From Botryllus schlosseri (lineage: Eukaryota), in contig CM119376.1 in assembly GCA_051294905.1 (NCBI GenBank), forward strand, positions 22,446,001 to 22,510,000: 64,000 nucleotides of DNA, in the 5' to 3' direction. This document shows positions 35,588 to 48,570 of the stretch, piece after piece. Position 1 is the first letter of the stretch. Every line of letters starts with the position of its first letter. A program made the position numbers and the translations under genes. The notes below the pieces were generated by a model. It saw nothing but the letters and a program-made list of their open reading frames with translations, was not told the origin of the DNA and ran no database searches.

Positions 35588-36035
35588 TAGGCTTACCATA
35601 CGTCCTCTTTTAAGAGGATTTGTCCTCTTTTTTGACTTTTTTGAAAGTGTCCTCGGAGGACGTCCTTTTGTCCTCTTTTTTGAGATTTAGTCCTCTTTTT
35701 TGAAAATTTAGGTCAGATTTAGAGCAAATCGCGAGTGATATGCCGCAAATTAGCACAGAAGTGACGTTGCGGCGGATATTTCGGAGTGCAAAACGGTGAA
35801 TTTAGCTCTGAGCGAAAAGATGACCTTTTTTATTTTTTTTTAGTCATCCACCTGGCAATGTGGAGAGAAAAACGGTATTTTGAGCTCTGAGCAGAAGTGA
35901 TGACCTTTTTTTTTAGTCAACCGATCACAAAGTGGGAAAAATTCACCGGTTTTTGAGAATTCTACTCCGGTTTTGCATCTTGCAAATTTCTGAAAAAGTG
36001 TCCTATTTTTACATTTTCAAAATATGGTAAGCCTA
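35588..36035 (-). mobile_element. Family M MITE in gene 2 intron
   Basis: TIR taggcttaccata / tatggtaagccta; cctatag repeated on both flanks. Confidence 0.85.
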
Positions 36036-36916
36036 CCTATAGTGCGACCCACTACTGACCTTTTGACAAGACCACATCAGTAAAATTGTCCAATATTGCG
36101 CTGGAATACAATGTTCCCAGTTACTCGACTCAGGCCATCACCGTATCGAACATATTTAACCATATGCTTCAGACAGAATGCAATTAAAGTGCATGGTGTT
36201 TAGCTGTTTCGCAGAGATATGGTGTCTGACAATGTTTGTAACTACGACACAATAACCTTCAATATAATGTCATCTCTAAGATGACCTGTTTTACTGGGTT
36301 TGATGGGCCATCAATAATAGGGTGTCATTAGTAGCATCACCTTGTAACTTGAATCTCAACGGGGGTAAATTATACGAGGGGTTCCGACAAGATCATTCGA
36401 ATCCCACCACTACCTGTAGCAGTCGTGCTCTTCTAAGCTATCCAAGGCAATTTTAAGTTGAAATAGAATTTGTTGGCTTTGAAAACTACTCAACTTATAG
36501 CCAAAGTAATTGGTTCTGAGAAGTAGTCACGAATATACGCTCTCATGTACCATCAAATATTGGAACTAATTATCCAGGCGGTGCAGAGAGCTGGGTTCGT
36601 GTTCCTACCTCAAGAGATATAGTTCAAGTCCCATCTCTCGCCTCTAAAGGTGTTGGTTTTCGTTATTATTGAGTAATAGAGCCTCGGAAATCTACCAGTG
36701 GCCGCCAGATCTCGATAAAATCCACTACACATGCATGTACAAAATACCACATTCCGTTGCATTTTTCAACTATGAGCAGTATCTTTACACAAGCAGGACG
36801 AACCCGAACCTTTCTTCAGATCTTGCATTGAAAAGGGACTTCCTTTGTTAAAAAAAAGGTCGATCAGAATTTTAGCGCGTGGGCTAGGAGTGGGAGTCTT
36901 GTTTTGAGTACTACGG

Positions 36917-38047
36917 TAGGGTTGCCAATTGCCATACGTCCGGAATTTCCCAGACATGTCCGGAATTTCACTGAAAAATCTGCGTACTGGAGGAATTTCT
37001 GAAATATGCCTAAATGTCCGGAATTTTGAAGGCTGGAAGCAGGCACTAAAGTTTTTCGTAAACCAACATAAACAATATTATTTTCAAGCAGATTTATGCT
37101 ATTCAAAATTGTTTTTCGCGCTGCGCGCGAGTTAATGCAAAGTTAATGATTAGTATGGGCACCAGGCACAACCTTCGCCAAAAATCAATCAAAATGAATA
37201 TAAATAACCATCATTTACTGAAATAAGTCTGTTTGTAATCGCAATTATATGCTAACGGTATATTCGTAGAATTGGTTAAGGCCGATTGAATGCTTTAATC
37301 ACAGACTGTGGTTCCAAATCTTGGGGTATAGTCCGCCTCTATCTTGTGATCGTGATGATGTTGGACGTAATCAGCTTCCTAGGCCGTGAGTAAGTGTGGG
37401 CAAGATGAATTGGTTCAGTAATCAGCTTATCAAGTTTTGAGCTTTACCACGGAACATTTTCAAGTGGGAAATGAGGTCGCGACCATAAAAGGTTGGAAAT
37501 CATCGGATGTGCAACCTGCTGGTGCATTTTATAGTAGGCCATCGAATAATCAATATTACTGACAGAATTCATACATAAAATTTAACAGCCGAATGCATAT
37601 AGTAAGTGCCCAACAAGTTACATTGACTACCATATGGTGGGCCCAAGATCTGCTTTTTTGGCGGAAGGGGAGGGGGGAGAAAAAATGTTGTTTCGGACCT
37701 GATTAAAACACATAAACAGATAACCACATCGACCTATAACTGTATAGCAGGGCTGTCAAACACAATCCTGACAGGCCAGACACGGCCCGCCAGATGATTT
37801 CATCCGGCCCGTGGAGGAATCTATTGCAAACCCTAGTAAGTAGCAATCACCAGAACTCACATTACTGATGGCCCAATTCATGACCTATGTTCCACTTCAT
37901 TCCTGTGTGGTGTATGTACAGTAGATGGGCAATGCTTTGCTAGTGTGACGTCATATTGACGGTCAATGTGCTACACCTCATTTTAAAATCCGCTAGTGGG
38001 CGCTACAGAGTGTCCGGTATTGGCTTCACAAAAATATGGTATCCCTA
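36917..38047 (+). mobile_element. Family L element in gene 2 intron
   Basis: Homologous to 5378-6085; TSD tactacgg / tactatgg. Confidence 0.82.
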
Positions 38048-38204
38048 TACTATGGACGCATGGACTGTATAACATTTTATGCGGGCAGCATGAATTTTGA
38101 AATTAGTATGACGTATAAGAGAACCCGACGTACACGTGTGATGCCTTACTAAACGAGTGGAAAGAACTGAACGATATTTCCCTTGATGCGATGTCTGTTT
38201 AAAC

Positions 38205-39039
38205 CACGGGTGGGCAAACCTTTTAGCTCGCGGGCTGCAAACAGCATCTTGATACATTCGCGGAGCGCACTCTAGAAAATATTATAAACCAAAACGCAAT
38301 ATTGGTATTTGACAGCGAGGATATGGAAAAATAACTAACCAAACCTTGATTTGATGATATCGTATAAACACGAGTCAGAATCATAGGCGAGATTCCATAA
38401 GCTGGTCAATGTTCAAGCTCAATATCCAATTTTCAAAACTAGGGAAGAAAGTCGGTTGTCTCGATTCTTTGCACAGGATGGAGAATTGAATCTGTGAGCA
38501 GTGATCTCTTTATAGATTTGCTGATTCTGCTTTTGGTTGAACTCCATAGCACACAATGGTGACTGCGTCATAAGCATGTTAGCTTAAAATACTCTCCAAC
38601 TAAAATATATAGATTTTATAAATATAAAGACTTCTGCACGCAGAGAGAACGAATCTACCTACCACATGTGCGAATCGGGTTTTCCAAGTACAGCACTAAA
38701 AGTAATAAACTTGCTGGAGTGGCCAATGTAAAATCACACTCGTGATCCGAAAGTCATTCCCGTTTCGACTTTCTGAAATTTTTAACAGTTGAAGTGAAAC
38801 CTTCTTAAAATGCGTGGGCCTTGGGATCGGGATATCGCGCCAGCAATGAAATAAAAATAGACTATATAGAAAGAATATAATATATCAGAATCGTGGTGAA
38901 ACATAACAAGAAAAAGTTTAATCGAGTACCTGCAGCAATTAGATTTTAAGTACGCATTATATCAATATTTTAAGACGTTTCTCGAGCCTTTCGCATGCCG
39001 CACAAAACGGTTTTGCGGCCCGTAGTTTGCCCACCCCTG
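38205..39039 (-). mobile_element. Family H element in gene 2 intron
   Basis: cacgggtgggcaaac / gtttgcccacccctg; TSD gtttaaac / gtataaac. Confidence 0.85.
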
Positions 39040-39496
39040 GTATAAACTGAACAATGTGAGCATCAGCATTGAACAATTGACACGCTGCTATTCGAAATTT
39101 AAATTTCAAGGAAGTCACAGAACAGGACGACCATTGAATTTGACGAGATTAACGTACGAAAATGAGCCTACTCTTGCATAATATTTTATTTTATAATACT
39201 TGACAAGCTGTAAGTAGCGAAAAGTAATTGAAAAGCAACCACAAAATGTGGTAAAGTAGAACTAGAAGTACAGCGGAAAATCAGATTTACTTGACTAAGT
39301 GATACCAGCAGAGAAAAACTACTTGAGTAGGGCATTAGGCCTACTTCTTGAAAGTAGAAGTATACTTCGTTACTGATAATGGAAATAACGGCACTATATA
39401 CAAGTATACACCTAATTCATATATATTCCAATGAACTACTGCATATGCGTTTTTATCATCCATATACATTCCACCAACTGTGAGGTTTACTTCCAG

Positions 39497-42400
39497 ATCC
39501 CAATTTCATCCCACATGAGTCGCCATCGACGATCATTGACTCACCGTGATGATATTTTGGCGTCACTCGGGAAAGAGGAATACCTTGGATCCGGGGATGA
39601 AGATATCTCAGGAGATATACAAGACTTCCAGTTCTACATGAAAAACAACGATACCGCAAATGCCGCGCAAACCACCATAAGTGAGCTGATGCCGGGTAAC
39701 GCTGTTTTGATGGATTTTTCCATTCACAACGAAGGTCAAACTTACAGATATGACAGAAATTCGCAAAAGTCACTCGAAGAAGCCACTGTGGAATATCAAG
39801 ATTCGGTTGCGAAAGGTCTAAGCGCAGTCATATTAGGCGACGTTAAAACTACATTAGATCGCTGCTCCGACTGTCGCACTGACGAAATAGATCCGGACCA
39901 GGCTGTAGCAGCGATCGTGAATATCGCACCAGGTGATATACTGTCGGTCTCGCTAAGCTACGTAGTTCCTGTTACCGTAGATATTTCGGAAATGGAAAAA
40001 GAAACGTATCGTACTGACGTCACCATAGATCTTGATCTGTCTGCCCAGGATGTTTTCGGAGTCTTGATGTCGCCGAATTATCCGGACGATTATCCCAACA
40101 GCGCCGACGTTACCTGGCTTATCTATGCACCCGTTTATGAAATGGTCATCTCTGCAAATATGATCAGCTTCGACACAGAGGCATGTTGCGATCATTTGTA
40201 CATTTACGATGGACCTACAGACACTCACCCGCTGCTTTATGTCGGCTCCGGAAGTATATCAGGTCCCGAATCGTTTGTAACGACCAGATCTAGTATGTTA
40301 GTGAAGTTTCAGACCGACTCAACCATAAATGATGGAGGTTTTGCTCTTGAGTTTCATCCGACTGAAAGGAAAGTAATATCGGACGATCCAACTGAAGATG
40401 ACAAAAATAACAATGGAACCGTAATAATGCTCGCTACCGACGGTACATTAAAATCTCCTAATTATCCGGTCTCATATCCAGCGGCTTCGCGAATTGTTTG
40501 GGATATAGTGGTGGAGACGGGGGATACGATTGATTTTAGAATTATCGATTTCGATGTGTTTTACGGTGAAACACTGGAAGTGGTTGACCTCAATACCAGC
40601 GCTGTCTACGCCACTTTCAATAATACAGTTGGTGGCATCACGCCATTTGAATTCAGTACATCATCGAGTGCAGTTTCGGTTGTTTTCGAAACCCTGAATA
40701 AGGTCCTTCCTAAGAGGGGCTTGTACGGGATGTACTTTTCGCGGCGAGCGGAAGATATCTATTTGCAACAGCAAGACACGGCGTGGCACAAGATCACTTC
40801 CCCTCATTATCCGCATCACTATGGAAACGACGAGCGCCAAGTTTGGATCATTACTGCCGCAGATCGGACTTCCCTTATCCGTATCGAGGTCACGTCGTTA
40901 AACTTGGAAGAGGGTTACGACTTTCTGTACATCTACAACGGGGCGTCGATTGATCAAGCGCAGATAATGGCGACCCTGTCCGGAATGGGTGGACATGATA
41001 TCGAATACATAAGCGACGAGAATACGGCGACTATTGTGTTTGAAAGTGACCATTCAATCAGTGGTGAAGGGTTTGAAGTGAGGTATACTAACTACAGGGT
41101 ATATACCACCCTATCGTATAGCACGCAGACTATAAATGGAGGAAGTGGCGTTGTGCGAAATTCCAACTATCCCAGCTCGGTCTACATATATGACACTTGT
41201 CGGTGGTTGATTCGGGTCGATCAATCCAAAAAAGTCGCCGTGATTTTGCGTGAGTTCTATGGGAATTATGCATATCTTTATTTTTATGATGGAAGTTCAA
41301 CGTCGGATCCTTTGATTTGGTCTTCCAACGGCGACTACAATATCGACTACGATGACGGAATAAGCGCTATATCGTCGTCAAATGAAATGTTGGTGGTCAT
41401 GAGTGAATCGTATTATTACAGCGTGTACGTGAGGTATATGTACAGTTTTGAAGAAGTGGAGGGCAAACACGATCCGCATTGTCGAAATACGTCGGTCCTA
41501 ACGGTTGCTCCAGGTCAAATTACTAGCGCCAATTATCCTGAATATGCACCTTACGAAGATTGCAGCTGGTTAATAGAGGCACCTCTTGGATATCAAGTCC
41601 TGGCAACGTTTCAGCAGATTTACACCAGTTCCAGCTCTTCCTCCTCATATCGCATGGTGAAGTTTTATGATGGCAGTTCGACTGGTTCTCAATTGATTGC
41701 AAGTTGCAGCATTTACTATTGCCCAGTTGGTTATTCGGTCCGAAGCTCCTCAAGATATTTGCTTGTCGTTTCAAACGTTATATCCACGTTGCGATTCAAA
41801 CTCCAGTATCAGTTTGAAAATGGCTTATCTTTGTACATCAACCGCGAAATAGGATCAGCCATGTCACCATCTTTTCCGGACCAATACCCAGACAGCTCAT
41901 ACCAAGTAACATACATCGAAGTTCCGTCTGGTAGAATCACCTTTTACTTCCAGGTTTTCGAAACGGAATCTTGCTGCGACTTTCTGTCATTATATGATGG
42001 AGATTCCACTTCCTCGCGCCTTATTTACACTCTTAGTGGGGATCAAGCGGGTATGGGTGGTGAAACCTCAGGACCATATCTCACATTGAAGTTTTCATCC
42101 GACGGCTCTGCTACCGGCTCTGGATTCAGGATGGACTATTGCTCAACGACACAAGATTGTGAATTTTTAGGTGATAAAAATTCAGCGTACACATATCTAC
42201 TGCAACCGATCTTTAACCATCAATATTATATCGTCTCACCCGGTGCACCCGAATACTACCCCGATAACAATGACTTTTATTGGTTTCTTGAGTGCCCCGA
42301 TGAGACTACTTATAGGTCATGGTATCAATTTACAAGAGTGGATATAGATGAATCGGATTCGCTGATGCTGTACACGGGCTTCCAAGTTGACGACAATAAT

Positions 42401-42547
42401 ATAGCATTAGATTGGAGTGATGGAAAACTAGACTATGGTAGTTCTTATTCTGTTTATGTTTATAGCCCACGTAGTCTTCTCTGGTTCCACTCTGATACTG
42501 CATTTTCTGGATTAGGATTTCTCGTCAATTACATTTGCTATGATTAG
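39497..42547 (+). CDS. Gene 2 exon 2: propeptide, VIT-like domain and 7 CUB domains (about 1052 aa when spliced)
   Basis: Acceptor tttacttccAG ends at 39496, exactly where similarity to gene 1 begins (IPISSHMSRHRRS vs ISISSHLIRHRRS); open to stop at 42547; colinear with gene 1. Confidence 0.93.
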   Translation: MPISSHMSRHRRSLTHRDDILASLGKEEYLGSGDEDISGDIQDFQFYMKNNDTANAAQTTISELMPGNAVLMDFSIHNEGQTYRYDRNSQKSLEEATVEYQDSVAKGLSAVILGDVKTTLDRCSDCRTDEIDPDQAVAAIVNIAPGDILSVSLSYVVPVTVDISEMEKETYRTDVTIDLDLSAQDVFGVLMSPNYPDDYPNSADVTWLIYAPVYEMVISANMISFDTEACCDHLYIYDGPTDTHPLLYVGSGSISGPESFVTTRSSMLVKFQTDSTINDGGFALEFHPTERKVISDDPTEDDKNNNGTVIMLATDGTLKSPNYPVSYPAASRIVWDIVVETGDTIDFRIIDFDVFYGETLEVVDLNTSAVYATFNNTVGGITPFEFSTSSSAVSVVFETLNKVLPKRGLYGMYFSRRAEDIYLQQQDTAWHKITSPHYPHHYGNDERQVWIITAADRTSLIRIEVTSLNLEEGYDFLYIYNGASIDQAQIMATLSGMGGHDIEYISDENTATIVFESDHSISGEGFEVRYTNYRVYTTLSYSTQTINGGSGVVRNSNYPSSVYIYDTCRWLIRVDQSKKVAVILREFYGNYAYLYFYDGSSTSDPLIWSSNGDYNIDYDDGISAISSSNEMLVVMSESYYYSVYVRYMYSFEEVEGKHDPHCRNTSVLTVAPGQITSANYPEYAPYEDCSWLIEAPLGYQVLATFQQIYTSSSSSSSYRMVKFYDGSSTGSQLIASCSIYYCPVGYSVRSSSRYLLVVSNVISTLRFKLQYQFENGLSLYINREIGSAMSPSFPDQYPDSSYQVTYIEVPSGRITFYFQVFETESCCDFLSLYDGDSTSSRLIYTLSGDQAGMGGETSGPYLTLKFSSDGSATGSGFRMDYCSTTQDCEFLGDKNSAYTYLLQPIFNHQYYIVSPGAPEYYPDNNDFYWFLECPDETTYRSWYQFTRVDIDESDSLMLYTGFQVDDNNIALDWSDGKLDYGSSYSVYVYSPRSLLWFHSDTAFSGLGFLVNYICYD

Positions 42548-45196
42548 ACTTCGCGAGGCATCAGAGTGCCTCACGTTAAGATGTGTTCTTCTGCGGAAGA
42601 GAAGTTCACCAGTAAAGTGCAAGTCGATTCTGACAATTTTGCTCTACCGATCAATTTGCATCGTGCTTCCTTATTAGTAATTGCCATTAAGCGATCCGCA
42701 TATCCTTGGATCTTTTGGACAATGTATTTTAATTTAATTCTAATTTTCGCAATTTATTCTCTAGGTTTTGGTAAACATACTTGCTATGGGCTGGGCACGG
42801 CTGCTTATCTTCGTATATATTTTAGACGACGCCTAATCAAAATATAAGTTTAATGAGTGCGTGCAGATAATGGAGTTCATGTCAATGATCCAGAGGACAA
42901 GGGCTAGAAATTTTACTAATGCGCAGTCAGTCATTTGGCCGAATTAATAACAGACGAATGAAATGCATGCTTACTGGGGAAAAATATTTTGAATAAAATT
43001 ACGAAGTGATTAAGTATGTGCCATACATGGTAAACCGCACTTCGGAGCTGTCAGTCAGTAAACTGGTGGTCTCACCTGATCAGAATCAGTTGAAAAGGGT
43101 TTCCGTAAATGAAGTTACGATATGTTTGGGTTGCCATATTTGTAGGCTACATGCATATTTTGAATCACGACGGAGATGGTACATTTACTACACTCATGAT
43201 TGAGTCTTAGAAATATACTTGCTTCACTAGTTGACAGCGTTGTAATCAAGTCACAAGTTTCCGAGTCACAAGTCAATCTCACTGCTATATAGTTTCGACT
43301 CTAGTCCACACAAGTCATTTTCGATTCACCACCGAGTCATGTCCTAGTCCAAGTCAGCTAGTCGAATCTGAGTCATAGTATTTTGACTCGAGTCCAAGTC
43401 ATTATGTTTACTGTTTAGTTTTCAGTTCAATCCTGTTCAACCCACTTTTTTCAACGATGCTCGCATTCTTAATATAGTAATTTTTCTCAGATTTAACAGT
43501 TTCTGGCACTATTTTCCAAGTATCAGGGCTGATAGATGAAATAACAATAATGCGCTGACTTTACTATTCTTCAAAGTTACAATGAAATGTCTGTCTTGGC
43601 CGTTCTAGTCTCGAGTCATATGATTTGGTTCGAGTCATTTTACGAGTCAAGTCGAGTCACCAAAAATCGGGACTCGAGTCGGCCAACCACGTCAATTGAC
43701 GGGGCCAAGAGTTGGAAGGGGGCCCAGAATTATTTCGTAAATCAACATAGCTTATAGTCTTTTTAGATTTACTCAATTTTCTTCGCGCCGCGCGCGATTT
43801 AACGTCACCAATTGTGGTGTTTGTTTTGATATGGGTGTTACAGCCGGGTCTCTGCAACGGACATAAATGTTAAGTTGCTCCAGCTCTTGAGCTCTCGAAC
43901 TACCGGCCCGGTGTAAATGATCATAATATAGTCGAAACACCATGAATATCGAAAACCACACAAAACAGCGCCACGACACATCCAGGCAAGGCATATGAAA
44001 CTTCAACCAACATGCGACTCCGCGAAGTGTGCTGCCAAAATGATATACCAGGCGGGAAAACTTTATCCGAAAATGACTGCTGCATGTTGGCCGAAACCTT
44101 CGATATGTGTATGTCCAATTGATTATTATTGATCACAGACGCCTAGCTGGACGCCTCCTAATATTCCCATCCTTGCAACCTGAGCCATACAGGAGAAATG
44201 CTACTCGCAGAGAGAAATGAGTCACTCCGCCAAGGAGTGCCTATTTTCAGTAGTTTCTCGAAATAAGTTTTTCTTTTAGGTAAGTCTGGTACGTTTGGGA
44301 GATTCCAATGTCTTTTGACATTATAGCAGAAGAAAGGTCACGAAGTAACAACATGCAAAAAAGTAATTATGTATAAATAACGGGCCCACCTGAAGATAAG
44401 AGGGCGATGATTCAAGAAAGTTTGGGAACAGCGATAGGCTAAGCCTATAATCTAAATGAATAATTTACAATCATATGAATGGTGGGCTAAACCAGTGGCC
44501 CCCAAAGTCGGCGCCAACACCCCTTGGGTACGTTAGCGACGTCGAAGGGGGTGCCAGTTACAAACTGGGTGATTGGGAGACGCTGAGAGCAAAATTGGCA
44601 CTATATGAATACATTAATTATTATATATTTGTGTGCATTAAGAAGGGGGATATGAAGATGTGGTCACGTTGTTCGCAGTTCTACAAGGCTCATTCAATCT
44701 GAAATTGTCATCGTTGCTCTCCATAGATGTTCATTGGCATGCAATATCGAGTTTTCAAATTTATCAATCATAACGAGCAGAATTCTTACCCAGTTAATAC
44801 ACCATACTGAGGTACAATGACATTTGAAGGCAAATTGGTTTGTACGGTTCTATTCCTGGATAGCAGGTCGGGCATGAAAATGTGCCGGACGGTATATCCG
44901 GCCGTGATTTTCCATATCGGGCCGGATTCACATTTTCTGATAACCGGAACCGGATTCGAACATTTTCAGACCGCCATAACCGTCATTGAAGCTATTAATG
45001 AGCATGACTGTTTACTATAAATAAGTGTGGTCGTATATGATTATTATGGGATTTTTTTTTCGGATCGGGTGGATCTTGGTCATTTCAAGAATCCGACCTA
45101 GGAGTCGGATCGGAGTCGGAGCAGAGAATTGAAGAAACAGGATCGTAATCGGACCAGATAACATAGAAATGACGATCCACCCTCACTACTGGACAT

Positions 45197-46033
45197 CAGT
45201 GTTGGGATGACTCGAGTCATCTTTTTCGTGTGACTTGACTTGCCTTGAGTCACTTTATAAAAATGACTTGCCTTGACTCGGCTTTTCAGAAATGCGGATT
45301 GATTCGTGACTCGGAGCAAAATTTAGAAGTCAATTTCAAGTCACCAAGTAATCGGTGTCGATAAAAATCACTGTATACTTTACAAATGTTCTGATTCTTG
45401 TCGATACGCTGGTTTGCCCTGTAACCGTGAGAGCGACGAATCTCCCATTCATTCAATTATTTTGTGTTTTACTGAACCTCCATTGTCCTGGTACAAATAC
45501 ATTGACCGCTTATAACTTACATCACACCTTTCGTTGTCGCAGTGGTAAAGTAATATATTAACAATAAGATATCTATCTCTGTTCTGTTGGTCAATTGGTC
45601 ATTGGCGCTATCATATCTAGTCGTTTCCCCCTATCAGATGTTTCGTATTCTATTCTCTATTCTGTCGGATAAATAAAGACTGCGGGTATGCAACAGTTAC
45701 GTAGTTCAGTAGTACTACGTACTCGTGTGCTATACAACGCTTTTTTCATGTATATTTACCTTTATATTGATTGTTTGATTCAGGATAAATGGCCAATTAA
45801 TCTGTCATTCACGCAGCTAGCAAAATGAAATGACTTTGAATCATCACTCATACTTCCAAAATTCAATTTGACTTGAATTCTGACTAGACTCGTGACTTGA
45901 CTTGACTCGAGTCACCTCCAAAAAACAAATGACTTGACTTGACTCGAGTAACCTCCAAAAATCGATTGACTTGACTCGAGTCAAAATGTGAAATTACTCG
46001 TGACTCGTAGGTAGTGAGTTGATCCCAACACTT
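45197..46033 (+). mobile_element. Family K MITE
   Basis: cagtgttgggat ... atcccaacac; colinear with 9008-9773. Confidence 0.85.
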
Positions 46034-47002
46034 CTACTCGATAGTGACTGTCCTTGGGATTGGTGAAGAGTTGTGACTTTGAGATAACGTGTAACGGTGC
46101 TGCCTGTGAATTATAATAAGCTAAAATGGCCATAAGCGCCAACGTCGTTTGTGCGAGCAATAAATAAACAAATTTTGTCGATGCTAGGTTGTAGGAGGGA
46201 GTTTGACACCTGGATTATTATTGGGCAAGGAAACTTGGGAAAAAAGTTTGGGAAAACTGGTCTAAAGAATACAATAAACTAATGCCGATTTGAATCACTG
46301 AAAAAATCATTACCAGCAACAAACGACAAAACTGAATGACTGAATAACAAATGACGCGGATTATGGATAACCGCTTAAGTCACTATTGATTTCTGAGGCC
46401 CACCAACAGTCAATCATTTTTCGTGTTACAACGAGGACGACGAAATGGTACACACAGCGTCCAAGTCAGTTCAGCTATCACATGCGTATCAGCACGTCCG
46501 CTTCTTCGCCATCTCATCCGTGTGAGCGGTGTCTTGTGCTACAAGTCGGCAACTACGAAATAAAAATGAAGAAAATTGACCTGGTGTAAATGACCATAGT
46601 AGTAGACAAACATACCACGAACAACCAGCTATCTCAGAGATGGTGCTTAGTCGATTGATATGTTCCGATGTTTGATATAGTTTCTTTGGTTTCGCTTCTA
46701 ATCATCTTATTATTCACCTTCTCGTCATCCGTTAATGATTCGTAACGGATAGTTTGCTGGGCGGGTTTATTCCTATATCAAATTGTCGCCAACGCCGCAT
46801 TTATCCTCGAATTTCGAACATTTCTGCCTACTTACTTCTATATATACTTCGCGCGTTCTTGTATATTGTCCCCTCCCGTTTAGTGTTGCTGCTACAACTG
46901 TTCGAAGAAATTAGGTATATATTCATTTATACCCGATAACGTAGCCTACCCATCCTATATTTTCCTCAACGATAGCATCTTTTCTCCTTTTTCGCGTTAC
47001 CA

Positions 47003-47275
47003 GGTTGCTGTTTGTGGTATTCATGGTGTTTGTCGACTTGTATTGTCATATAACCCAGGCCGATATTCCTTAATTTTGATTCCGTATCTGCCGGCTTGTA
47101 GCACGGCCCCTTCTAGGCTTTTCGTAAGACACCGCTTACGCGGGTGGGATGGTGAGGAGGAGTCTAGATAAACATCCAACATTTAGGTAGGAATTCTGAA
47201 GTTCACCTCGGTCGGACTCGAACCCGCAACCCATCAGTGTTGTAGCTGTGGATTATACCACTAAGCCATCTCGCC
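47003..47275 (-). mobile_element. Full-length tRNA-derived SINE (about 270 bp)
   Basis: Minus strand: A box TGGCTTAGTGG, B box GGTTCGAGTCC, body, AAAC-type tail. Fragments at 5102, 8885, 43902(+), 46541(+), 52782, 60863 and 62003. Confidence 0.88.
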
Positions 47276-47722
47276 ACTGAATAATCCAGTTTAAAATTAC
47301 TATTCGAAAAGCTGCCGATGGTATTTTTTCTACTGCACCAATGTGTGTAAGTGCAGTGAAACCTTCGTCTCAGATCAATTCACATATCCGTGGCCTATCA
47401 AAGACTATTCTGATCGTAGCTTCGCTTCAGAGACACGGGGAAATTGAATTTGTAAGAACTTGAAGGTTGAGCCATCTTTATCAAGTGCCCAGGTATAGTT
47501 TTTATGTGACCAAGTTTAGTGTGGAGAGGTGGCAAAGAATATATTGTGGATGAACATAGTAAGCAAATTTTACATTATTAAAACCAGTTGTAAAACTTGT
47601 TCTGTGTGGCCAGCTAATTTGTGTGTCGTGGTGATCACCAGCCCTCGAGTTCAACAAACACAAAAAACGGACGTTTAGTGTAACCGGCCTGCGACTCAAG
47701 AAGTGTCGAAATCATTTTAAAG

Positions 47723-48419
47723 CAAGGGCGGGCAAACTATGGTCCGCGGGCCGACTAAGGCCCGGAACACCGTTTTCTGCGGTCCGCGAAAGCCTCAAGA
47801 AAATATAATGCAGGGACTAAGCAATACTTTTTCTCAATATATTTCCCCATGACAATAATAAGTTGTAGTCTTTCCATGATGCTTCTTATATTTCTTACGT
47901 AGTACCCTGATCTCAAAGTCCACGCATTTCCAAGGGTTTCAGTTGGTAAACATCACAGAATTTCAAAACGGAAATAACATATTTAGGACCGATTTAAAAT
48001 ATAAATAACTATATATTTGTAGAAGCGTATATTTAAAGTATAGCGTGGTCAAGATGGTGCCAGCATTGTATATCTTGGAAGTAAAGCAAAGGCATGATTA
48101 ACAAATCTATGAACAGAGGGTTCCTCACTGATTCAAATTTACATCCGCTTCTAAAAGTCCGCACAGCTGCCTTTCATCCCAAATTTTACCAAATTAGTTA
48201 TTGAGGATGACCAGCTTGAAAAAATCTTGTCAATGTTTCTGACGCGTGTACCTTATTATTAAATTATTGTTTGATTAGTTTTAAATTTATACATATATAG
48301 CATCTCGATAATTCCTCGGTTATTAATATTGCGCTTCACAATTTAATATATAGTGCGACCCGCGAATGAACTCAAACGTTGAATGCGACCCGCGGGATGA
48401 AAACTTTGCCCGACCCCTG
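47723..48419 (+). mobile_element. Family H-related element
   Basis: caagggcgggcaaac / tttgcccgacccctg; TSD ttttaaag / ttttgaag. Confidence 0.82.
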
Positions 48420-48570
48420 TTTTGAAGGCACCAGACATTTTCCATTTGTGTCACTGGCTATGTTGAAGAGGTTTCAAAAGCAATTTGATGTCTTCATAGC
48501 ATTCAATGAGCTTCATTCAACGTCCAATTGTCCAACAGCAACAGAAACAATGTCAGTATGTAGTAATACT

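Noticed and set aside
39431..39496. ORF-track start codons (ATG 39431, TTG 24341) as true starts
   Set aside because: Paralog similarity begins exactly at the AG acceptors, and signal-peptide exons exist upstream; 39431-39496 is most likely intron.
47205..47275. tRNA gene (also 5140-5213)
   Set aside because: A/B boxes are present, but the sequence runs on into a repeated SINE body and tail and no clean cloverleaf is evident.
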